A DNA stretch of 62,015 nucleotides, filler included, from Choristocarpus tenellus KU-1152 (lineage: Eukaryota; Protista; Phaeophyceae), in NCBI GenBank assembly GCA_964200185.2. It is 14 parts of 14 records of this genome, joined end to end, with 100 filler letters (N's around TTAATTAATTAA, not from the genome) between each part and the next. Parts side by side here need not be neighbours in the genome. Positions count along the whole stretch, not along the records: positions 50,187 to 53,248 come from CAXNAD020022596.1; positions 53,349 to 59,204 come from CAXNAD020009581.1; positions 59,305 to 62,015 come from CAXNAD020025413.1; 11 more parts are not named here. The stretch is one strand, 5' to 3'. Of this stretch, positions 52,268-62,015 are shown piece after piece (the stretch's first letter is position 1; every line of letters begins with the position of its first letter). The translations under genes and the position numbers were made by a program. Below the pieces are notes generated by a model. The model saw only the letters and a program-made list of their open reading frames with translations, was not told where the DNA came from and searched no databases.

Positions 52268-53348
52268 TGAGGACTATGCCAACCTCATGCACTTTGTTTT
52301 CAGCTACGCAAAATCACCTATGGTTGTGGTGTCAATGTCCTCGTGTGTGAATACGGAGATGTTGAGTTTCGACCGTGGACTGGACCTGCTGAAAAGCTTT
52401 GGTCATGGTCAGACGGTGAGGAAAGGGGTCAAGTAGGCTTCATTGCTATGAACCCATTCTCGAGGGCATGGCTTTCATCCCAACTCTCCCTAGGAGAGAA
52501 AGATCATGTGTGCTCGCATATACCTTTGTCACATAGGGGAGGAGTCCTGGTAGGACGTCAGGGAAGGCCTCGAAGACAGCTGAGTGGTGTACGCTATTGC
52601 AGGTGTTTTGGCCATCCAGGCTGATCACCCATTCCCTAGACTCCCTTCCGAGCTGGATGTTCAGTAGAGCACGCTCAACCCCATTCAGGATCCCTACTCC
52701 AAATTGCCCCATGCTTCCAAAATGTTTGTCGAGGTACATGGACCTGTCAGCAGAAGGATAAAGCATATATATAATACATACAGTATATTATTATTGTGAT
52801 CACTATAATAAGAGTGATTTCAAAAGACCTCTCTTGAGGGTATCAACTATGTATAACAATTTGGTGGGGAGATAGTTCTGTTTGAACAAATGTTCGCTCT
52901 ACTAGCGTATAATATCTATGCTAAGCATCCAACCTACCTTTACAAACGTTAAAGAGGAGGGCTTCTAATTAAAACAGTTTAATTATGTTGTAACAACTGA
53001 CTATTGTTGATTTTCCTCGACACATCACGAAAATTGATAAGGTACAAAAATAAACCATATATATATATATATATACCACTACTCCTATTGTTTGCAATGA
53101 ACTATGTGGGGTTGGCGGTTGGGCCGCCTATTTATGGTTTTATATGGTTCTATTGTATATTAAATTATGGATGTAAATGAAACATTTACAAACAAAAATA
53201 TATGTGACGGACAGGTCCCTTCGGGAGCTGATCTTAGTCCGAATACACNNNNNNNNNNNNNNNNNNNNNNNNNNNNNNNNNNNNNNNNNNNNTTAATTAA
53301 TTAANNNNNNNNNNNNNNNNNNNNNNNNNNNNNNNNNNNNNNNNNNNN

Positions 53349-54802
53349 TTGTTGAGCACCGGAAATGGGTGTTGTTCGTGTTTCCTGGACGGATGATATT
53401 TCTTTTCATCAAGGCGCAAGGGCAAGGGAGGGCAGGCTTTAGTCGATCGAAAATTGTGTTGATTTCTCAATGAATGCAGGCTGGGAGAAAGCCTTAAAAT
53501 CAACTTTATACGTCCAAACCTAACTCCAGGAACAAAAGTGAATGTACGGTGTCTTGCAAGAGGTTGGAGACACCAAACCATTGGTGTGCAAATAGCCTCA
53601 ATCTCACCTTCTCTTCTGCCCTAGTGTTCTTGTCGATGGATACCTCTATCTGCTTCGTGACCTCTTCGAAGTAAAGGATTTGGTGGTATCGAAAAGTCTG
53701 CACAGCTGCCTTTGTTACGATCGCTTTCTCCTCCGCCTTTCGAGCCCTTCCAACCTTCTTTCGGGCTTCAGAGCCCTTGTACCCCAACCCTAACACCTTC
53801 TTTCTCGTTCCCTTAAGCACACTCCGGATCGCACAGCTCCAAACAGCCACGGCCTGCTGCAACTGTCGACTACTAAGATATTCTACACCTGGGTTTTTGC
53901 TTAGGCGTTTCCTGAGAGCAGTGGCACAGAGTGGCACTGCTCTCTTCCCCAACCTTCCCTTCGAGCGGCCACTCTGGTTCTCCCTTCGCCCACCGTGACC
54001 AGACTTTCCCACAGACTTCGTCACTGTACCACCTGGTGATGGACTCGCCACTCTCTTCCTGCTTTCCCGAGGCGGTAGAGACTGCAGAACAGTGCTCTGC
54101 ATCGGTTGAAGATCCAACCACTTTTGTGTGGTAATGCTTTCAACGCCTCTTCTCTCAGCATCAGTGTTGCGGTCCCGTTATCCATTTCGCGATTCGATCA
54201 TGCTGCTGTTCCACACTGCTCGCACTTTCTCGTCACCTAACATTGCACTGAGTGTCACACGGTACTTGCTTTTCCGTTGTCTCTTGACAGAGAAGTTGCC
54301 GAGGGTAGATCCAGGGGGCAGAGTGGCCTCGACGGCTCTCCTTGTCTCACCATCATGGTTCATGTTGCTGTGTAAGTCACGTGTGTGTGTGCTCACAGAA
54401 AGTCTGCAAAAGGCGTTAAAAAGATGTCCTGATAAAAAAATGTTCGGAAATCTTGGGGGTTTTTCCCTGCTTTTTTTTTTTCGATACAGCCCTACTGGTC
54501 AAACTTTGGCGGTGATCTACCCCGGGCAGGTTTCTGGAAGGAGTACAGCCAACCACTTCATTTTTGTATGTTTTGAAGTCGTGACCTTCAAAATTGTGCC
54601 GGAGATATTCCCCCGCGTTTTTTCCATTATTTCAGTAGGACATAGTTCCCATTCCCCGAAGCCTGTGTATTCGTGGATATAAACCTTCAAAGTTCTTGTC
54701 ATGCCCTTTCATTTGATAAATATATATTGTTGTGTATCTGTTGAGGTTACATGGTGAAGACAAACAGAAAAGCCACAGAGGGCGAAGCTACTGGTACCAC
54801 TT
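53349..54802 (-). mobile_element. ITm-type transposon, 5' part, copy 3
   Basis: Collinear with 22790-24170; TIR ...GCTACTGGTACCACTT|TA. Confidence 0.75.
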
Positions 54803-55334
54803 TATCGAGAAAACTTGCATTTTTTTTGTTACTTGACGGACAAATTTCCCCAAAAGCCTTATCTAAAATCAAGAAAAATATAACAAAGGTACAAATGTAT
54901 TAAAGACCAGTAATACAGAGTATATAGTATTGCCAGTCACCTCCTGCATCAACGTTATTGTGCCAAAAAGTTTGATCAACAATTTTTTTTTTAATGAAAA
55001 TCGTTTGTTGTAAGCGCGGAATCATGCTTAACCTTATTTGATGGATCTTGATAAACTCACAGTAATCGTGAGAAATACAGGACCATGCTTAAATCAAGTA
55101 GTCCGCTCGCGGTTCGCGTGGGGTGCCACGTGGCGCGCGTGAACCGCGCATTTAAGGACGGATTTAACGCCTGAAGAGGCTATCTTCACCCGGAGAACAT
55201 GCGCATTGTTGTCATACTCCTTCCATTATTTCCAGTTTATGCGATGTTGTCACCTGCTGACTAAGGCTCACTCATGTGGGTACGGTTGTCTGAACCAGGC
55301 AATCAATGCCAAGTCAAATGGGGTATTCTGAAGG

Positions 55335-55960
55335 TGCAGGCCTCCTGTGAGACTTAAATGTATTGTACATCCTGTCCAATTTGGTGCACTCCATGCCTTT
55401 TCTCGTTGGAATATACCAGATGGTAAGCAATATTCATCCTGAAGAATCTCTCCACAATTAATCTGGGTAGCCCCCCTTCCTCCTTAAGACTGACAAGAGT
55501 GTTGGCTACCATTCCAGAAAGTGGTCTTGTACATGGTGCTTCGCCCGCCCCCAGACCATCTCTATCGGGTTCAATTCACAGTGGTACTTTAGAAGCATCA
55601 AGCAATGTCCTCCAAGACACTCAACCAGAATCTTAAAACTCAATTCTACCTCCTTGAAATCTGGTCGCTCCCCAAGAACGTATGCCATGCTACTGCTCTT
55701 ACTCCTGTCCTTGCCCCCGTCCTTGGTCATACCTGGGATAAACAAACCTCTCTCTTGCAAAATCTATCTCATTCCCTTAACCTGTCCAACATACTCCTCC
55801 TTCTCGCCTTGTGGACGAGCAGTAATCCTCAGCCGAGATCCCTTGCCCCTGGGCCACCTGGCAATACCAGACGAACTCAAATCCATTAGGGAGTGACTGC
55901 ACCACAACGTCACAGTGTCCTGTGAGGGGCCTAAGAGTATAATGCCGAGGTCCACTTCCC
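55335..55960 (-). pseudogene. C-terminal fragment of an IS630/Tc1-like DDE transposase
   Basis: KGMR..LQERGL, PDF, GHCLMLLKYHCELNPIEMVWGRAK (catalytic E motif) and a terminal FKSHRR. Confidence 0.8.
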
Positions 55961-55979
55961 ACGTACCATTTTGGCGGTT

Positions 55980-56283
55980 ACCAATCTTGATGTTTTCGAA
56001 AAGGTTGCCAAATGAGTTAATCGATGATCAGTATATCGAATGAAAGCTCTTGATCTAAGCTATCGATTTCCGCAAAAAAAAATCTTGGGAGAAAGTATTT
56101 TGCTCGTGATAATTTAATCCGAAACAATTTCAAGGTTGTACCGGAAAAAAAACGGTTAAAATGTTTAACATTACCACAATTTTCTTTGCGGAAATCGATA
56201 GCTTAGATCAAGAGCTTTCATTCGATATGCTGATTGTCCATTAACTCGTTGGACAACCTTTTCTAAAATAAATCAAGATTGGT
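55980..56283. mobile_element. Fold-back/MITE-like element with ~115-bp inverted arms
   Basis: ACCAATCTTGAT...GATCTAAGCTATCGATTTCCGCAAA versus TTTGCGGAAATCGATAGCTTAGATC...ATCAAGATTGGT. Confidence 0.85.
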
Positions 56284-56339
56284 CTGATCTTAGAGGCGAC
56301 TGCCAACACTCTACTAGTCCTTTGTCTCTCAGTACTGTA

Positions 56340-57930
56340 CAGTACAGTACGTACAGTATATCACATCAAGTTTAGATGACTGCGCTGTACAGATATAACG
56401 ATGTGCTGCGCAGCGAGATCCAACAGCAACATACAGGGCAATACTCCTGGTCAGTCACACTATACATGCCATAAGTGTCGAGTTTGTAGCGGCTATCTTC
56501 ATGGCATTTTTGCTGTCATGGATCCATTTTGGTGCCAGCGAAATGAAAAGCGTGTGGAAATTGTGTGTAAGCCCCACCAAGTGCAAGGCCTTGAGTCCTC
56601 CAACCGGTGACAACACGGTGTTGAAGCGCCATGATATCAAGAGCAAGGGCAAGGGGAAGGTGCTGCCAAATATTTCTACGGAGAAAGCCTCTCCCTACAA
56701 GCCTTGTGGTGCCGACAATCGTAAATGCTTGAGCCTTGCAAAGAAGGTGGAAGCATTGACACTCCTGAAGACCATGATGGGAACTGTGGTTGGTCAATAG
56801 TTTGGAATCGGTCACAGTCTCCGATTTCAATCGATCCAGCAAGACTGTGGATCGGTGTGGAAGACAATGATGAAGTGGCCAATGCGATACTAGAGGACAT
56901 GAAAGACCACCTGCTCGAGGAATCCTTGTACCAGTCAGACAACGAAAGCTCGGGTGACGAGGATGACGATGGGTTTACGGAGGGGGCAACGCATCGGGGG
57001 CTGTGAGGAAAGGAGCAGCTTCTTCAGTGTTTTCGATTCCTCCACCACCGTACTCTCAAGTAGCTGACGAGTTTGCAAGCTTAGAAATAACCGCCGAAGA
57101 GTGCAGCATGAACGATGTTTCATACCATCTCCGGAAAGTAAATCTGACTTGGCTCAGTGCAATCGGGGCAAGGGCATCTGTTACAGGCGAATAGCACAAG
57201 CATTTCTTCTTGTGTTCTAACAAAGTGCAAGCATTTGTTACATGTGAATAGCGTGAGCATTTCCTCTCATGTTTTAGCAAATACGAACATTTGTAACAAA
57301 AACGAATAGTACGAGGATTATTTCTCGCGTTCTAACAAGTGCGAACAATATACGATATTAGTAACACATAGGTAGCCTTACAGAATAAATGCTGATTTTG
57401 AAGAAGATACAGAGTAAGATTCGTAGGGCATACGTAACATTACAGAAGAAAATGTCAAAGTTCCTAAGAAGTTGCAGAATAAAGGTTTATGATTGGAGTA
57501 CGTATAGAGCAGTTGCATAGAAAACCGAAGAAATTGGGTGGATGACGAAAATAATAAGAGGGCTTTTGGTGACAACACACCTTTACCCCCCTTGCCAGTC
57601 TTTTTATCTTGAACGAAACTTTGAGTTGAGCTTTGAGCTAAGCACTGAGTGGAATATCAAGAGAGAAGGCTATCTGACACCCTACAAACTGTTACCAAGG
57701 GCAACGTCCCCATAGCGTCATTTTAAAGTCGTTGAATTTGAGTTACACATCCTGTGGAGGTGAGTTCAGGGGCACGCTGTAACACATCAAATAAGCGGAC
57801 ATCCGCAATTTTTTTGGCCGTCATGATTTTTTTTATTAGCGAAAAAGTTGTTTTACTCAGTGGGTGCGATGGGGGGTGCATGGCGGTGCAGCTACATCTG
57901 ATCCATGGTGACGTTTTTGATACTGTACTG
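56340..57930 (+). mobile_element. Internally deleted pogo/Tigger-like transposon, interrupted by a solo LTR
   Basis: TA|CAGTACAGTA ... TACTGTACTG|TA ends; RKCLSLAKKVEAL resembles a CENP-B/psq HTH start; acidic tail; ADIRNF resumes after the LTR. Confidence 0.55.
57179..57784. mobile_element. Solo LTR (606 bp) with CATC TSD
   Basis: catc|TGTTACAG ... CTGTAACA|catc; reverse-complement homolog of 51126-51701. Confidence 0.8.
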
Positions 57931-58368
57931 TATATTATCCTTGTAGAGTGCAATTGAATATGTAGGGCAAGGCATAATTGGAGGGAGATTGACTTTGGAC
58001 GTTGGTTTGGTTGAACTGTGAGTCGTCTATCCAGCCATCCAACGACGTGCAGATGCTTTTCTTGGGAAGGTGTACTATAGATATATGAGTGAATACATCG
58101 TAATGAGTGTAATTTACCAAAGTTACAGCACGGTATACATATGATACTGGTGTACTGTGGAGGGGTGGTGTAGATGTAATATTTGCTACACCACCACAGT
58201 TCCATCGAAATGGGCTCACCAAGGGCAATGTTCAATACTTATCTACTTGTAACTACTCTTGAAGGCACATGGGAAGCACATACAGCAAGGGGGTCACCCT
58301 GTCATTGTTCGGGGACAAGTATAAAGTGCTTACGAGCAGTGTTGTTACAGGTCTCGGTACGGCCTCCA

Positions 58369-58678
58369 TGTTACAGAACGCTCCAAAAGCTTACCTCCAC
58401 AGGATGTATTGCTCCAATCTACAGGCCTATAGATGACACTGATGCACATAGAGGACTCCTGATGCACAAGTTGTCAAGTATGCTAGATCTTTCACTTGGA
58501 TTATTCCTTCATAAATATGGTCAATATCATCGTATAAAAAGGGACTGGCACCGATGTACCATGTGGGGGTATGATAATAACTAAATAAATAATCAAGGAG
58601 TACAAATATATCAAATCTAGGACTTCAAGGTCATAATGGTGTTTATGAAACCGCCATCACGATATATCGCCTGTAACA
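58369..58678. mobile_element. Shorter, diverged relative of the solo LTR
   Basis: TGTTACAG..ACCTCCACAGGATG start and CGCCTGTAACA end; no TSD. Confidence 0.45.
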
Positions 58679-59044
58679 GTGTTGCTCGATATAACATAGG
58701 TTTCTCTTATCACGATCCCTAGGTTTAATAGAAAATCGCTCTTTTATACAGTAAGAGAGGATCGGGATATAAGAGAGTTTTTTCTGCTTGCTTTATATAG
58801 GTACACCCTCTGTACATTGTTACGTGTTTCAAGCGATTGTGATCCGTGTGTGATAACACGTAGTGGACATATTCTGGACAAGCCAGAAAAAATGAACTCA
58901 TTGACGGTCATGATCCTGACTTGGAAAAAACTTAGACTGTCCACATGGTGGACATGGACTGGTACAACAACACCCTGTGGACATGGAACAGGACATGCTA
59001 AATAACTGTGGGACAGGTTCGGACATGGACATGGACATGGACCG

Positions 59045-59204
59045 GACCCAAAGTATCTGTGAGGGGGTGTGGGTCTACACCAGGGTGTCCATTAGGGGCA
59101 AAATCAGGAAAAGTGCATTTACAGTAACCATCCGATGATTGCAACCAAATCACCCAAAAATCGCGACATGAAAAAGTTGACGTCAAATGGACAGCCACCA
59201 CCCC
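59045..59204. mobile_element. MITE family B, truncated by a spacer
   Basis: GACCCAAAGTATCTG...; collinear with the other B copies. Confidence 0.82.
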
Positions 59205-59304
59205 NNNNNNNNNNNNNNNNNNNNNNNNNNNNNNNNNNNNNNNNNNNNTTAATTAATTAANNNNNNNNNNNNNNNNNNNNNNNNNNNNNNNNNNNNNNNN
59301 NNNN

Positions 59305-59797
59305 CAAGTACCTTTCCCGGCCCTGCCTTCCAAGTCTCCCCCACTTGTCCAGCATTATCATGGAAAGCACCATCCAGATTGTTATCTTCCAGATAGCGTT
59401 CTATATCCTGGATCACACCCATGACCCTATCTGCGGCTGACCCTTCGTTTCCCATCTGGACCACCCTCTGCAAATCCCTCTGAATTTTCCCAATGTCGAA
59501 TGTTCTGCAGTCGTTATCCACTCTCGCCACCTTCTTAAGGGCTTTAAGGAGTTCTTCCCATATCGCCGCAACTCAATTATTTTTTAGTTCACCCCACACC
59601 AGTGCTCATCTCTGAGCAACGGTTAAGGACTCAGACAGCATCATGATTGCAATTTGAATACCTCCTTTTGAGTGTTGCATCCTAACGCTCATCTCATATT
59701 CGCGTCGGGCTGTTAGAAACTCCCTCACCTCCTTCTCAGTAAGTCTCTCAACTCGTGGAGGTTGAGTATATGCTGTGCTATCATCATTTTGTACCAA
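59305..59797 (-). pseudogene. Decayed gag-like ORF, probably from an LTR retrotransposon
   Basis: One intronless frame broken by two stops (PPRVERLTEKEVREFLTARREYE...KAGPGKVL); family assignment tentative. Confidence 0.4.
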
Positions 59798-59812
59798 TCG
59801 GTCTCACGCAAA

Positions 59813-60070
59813 GAGTCAAAGTATCTTAAATGGTAGAACCGTGTCCATTTGGGGGCCAATATCCAATGTTGCGATTGTGATGCAATTCTGGCTGTCGTGT
59901 TTGTTAGGAAGTGTCAATATCTATGTTCTGAACACACCTTTTCATAATATACACACTTTACCCACTCCTAACATTTTGGAATAGGAAATTGTCATCAAAG
60001 AAGAAATGGGAAGCCAACCCTCAAATGGACAAACAGGGCAAAACTCGTACCCTCTAAGATACTTTCGCTC
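59813..60070. mobile_element. MITE family A
   Basis: GAGTCAAAGTATCTTA ... TAAGATACTTTCGCTC. Confidence 0.88.
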
Positions 60071-60576
60071 AACGCCCCCTAGGCTGCGCCAGGTCCATCT
60101 CCGTCGTTCATTGACATATTGGATGTTGAAGCCTGAATCAAATGCATCATACATGTAAAAAAAATGCATAGACTACGAGCGATGAAGAACCATGGTGTTG
60201 CAAAGCACCGATGAGTGATATGCATAGTCTATGTTACGGATAGGTGTGATTGTGCTGCAAAGCACAGATGCATTTAATCTGTTGTAATTGAGGTCATTGA
60301 TCTCTCAGTCAAGAATGAATATTTTTTCTTAAATTCAGTATTCTTGGTTGCTCAATCCAGAATGATGTGATGTGAATTCAGTATTCTTTCATAAGATACT
60401 CAACGAAAGAAGTCCATGCTCTGTGGAGAGGCTTGTTACCTTGGCTGGCAAGGGTTTCCGCGGATGGTTTAAACTCTGATTACATTACATCCATGTGTGT
60501 GTGTGTGATACACAGTTTGCAGAGTGGGGTTGATGCAATTTGAGGGATCAATGGCAGTCACGATAGAAATAATAAT

Positions 60577-60738
60577 GGCTCAAAGTATCTGGGAGGGGGT
60601 GGTGGTTGTCCATTTGGAGCCAATTTTTTCATCTTGCGATTATTGGGTGGGATGGATAATGTAGGTGCACGTTTCCTGGTTATGGCCCAAATGGACACCC
60701 TGGTGTAGATCCCCCCCCCCCCCCAGATACTTTGGACC
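60577..60738. mobile_element. MITE family B with AAT TSD
   Basis: aat|GGCTCAAAGTATCTGGG ... CCCAGATACTTTGGACC|aat. Confidence 0.9.
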
Positions 60739-61299
60739 AATCAACTATCAATGTACAACTGTCATCTTCTGATGATAAGAAGAAAGAGTGAAAGCAAAAC
60801 AAACAACAGAACAGCAGAACAAAATTGAACCAATATGTGATGCAACTCAAGTGACGTATACTATACTGTACTATGTGCGTGGAATGCAGAGCAACTATTC
60901 NNNNNNNNNNGTGTTGACTGGTGGAACTGTATCCTATCAACGAACAAACAGATGAGTAGCCTATATATTAACATTGGAACCCTCGTCTCTCAAGTAACTA
61001 TGCTGGTTTCTGCCCGGTCGTGTGCACTCCAATCTTCAGCAAGCTCCCGCGATCACATGTTGACCTTCGCCAGCCAATTCTAGTGCCACACTCAATCCTA
61101 AATGTCAGGTCTCGAGGATTCAATATTGAATTATAGACAATTCAACCACAGGAACTGATCTATGATAGCATGTGAGGACTCCACCCCATGTTGGGGCTTA
61201 CAGCTCTGTTATTTGTTGAAGGAGTGAGCATAGATCCAGTCAAGGATCACATATGCTCCAAACATCAAATAATGCAAACGCCTCAGCTATAGTAGGAAA

Positions 61300-61949
61300 A
61301 CCCTCCATGCTGTGTCTACAGAATTCAATAATTTGTTGGTGCACGTTTTGGAACAAATGCGGTTTTGAACAATGCAAAACAGATCCTTGTGTGTTACACT
61401 TTGTAAGAAATGTTGTTTGTGCTGTAATAGCCCCTCACGTTGATGGTCTTATGACGCCAGGAATACCTGACGTTTTTATTTTGGTTCGCTCCAGAATCAA
61501 GAAGCCGTTTTCTACAGAAGATGTTGGTGATCTCAAGTGCTACATGGATGGGTTGTGAGATGTCACTTAATAGAATTACAAAGACAGCAGGCTTTAGTCA
61601 GACTAACAATAGTAGGAGCATTTGTTAAAGATTTGGTATGAATCGGGCAAAGAAAAGGGTTGTAGTAACCCATGATCTCTCAAGGACTTTAGACAAGAAT
61701 GAGGATCACCCAGGTGTTGATCCAAATATCCCGTACGGAGAGGCAGTTGGTAGTTTGATACGGGCAGCTGACATGACCAGGCTAGATATTACCAGTGCAG
61801 TTGGTGAGGTTGCCAAGTAGAGTAGCAGTCCCAAAGTTGCACATTCGCGTGCTGTTAAGTGTATACAAGCTCCATTGAATACCTGCCGAAGTGCTGAATT
61901 GATTTTTGTTGGTTTTGATACTGAATGTGAGTTAGGTGCATATGCTGGT
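61300..61949 (+). pseudogene. Decayed Ty1/copia reverse transcriptase
   Basis: GFEQCKTDPC, HVDGL (from YVDDL), DVGDLKCY and PYGEAVGSL..TRLDITSAV. Confidence 0.85.
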
Positions 61950-62015
61950 GAGCCAAAGTATCTTAGAGGGTAGAGCCGCGTCCATTTGGGGGCCAAAGGT
62001 CAATGTTGCGATTTG
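61950..62015. mobile_element. MITE family A inserted in the copia relic (runs off the window)
   Basis: GAGCCAAAGTATCTTAGAGGGTAGAGCCGCGTCCATTTGG. Confidence 0.88.

Larger units (their letters stand above)
50560..52740 (-). pseudogene. Decayed CRE-like non-LTR retrotransposon RT, interrupted by a solo LTR and a MITE
   Basis: QFGVG..GVE, LDGQNTCNSV (from D..NAFNSV), LLPYV..Y, RLGYLVKVIPP and SGGLGL occur in the expected order. Confidence 0.65.

Overview
Eukaryotic, intron-rich, transposon-laden genomic DNA. By inference it is a stramenopile, plausibly a brown alga or relative: it has a flagellar WD40 gene, a CRTISO-like exon, a Golgi-type carbohydrate sulfotransferase and CCCTAA repeats. The window is 14 short pieces joined by 13 artificial 100-bp spacers (44N-TTAATTAATTAA-44N), so adjacency across spacers is not evidence of linkage. 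Most ORFs in the supplied track are spurious. Splicing by hand gives seven recognisable partial genes plus the CRTISO-like exon: a calpain-domain-III protein (-, 2420-8129), a GH63 glucosidase I exon, a CFAP52/WDR16-like WD40 gene head-to-head with a ROK-family sugar kinase, the last exon of a MAP3K-epsilon/Cdc7-like kinase, and a Sulfotransfer_2 gene head-to-head (176 bp) with an Ldh_2-family dehydrogenase. The rest is mobile DNA: two related MITE families with 3-bp TSDs, an IS630/Tc1-type transposon family, a pogo-like relic, solo LTRs with CAT(G/C) TSDs, and decayed copia, gypsy-like, CRE-like, Penelope-like and tyrosine-recombinase fragments. The best leads are the sulfotransferase/Ldh_2 divergent pair, the sister MITE families, and the ITm element with a long uncharacterised N-terminal region. 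No CRISPR array, rRNA or intact tRNA was found. All family assignments come from motifs recognised by eye, not from database searches.
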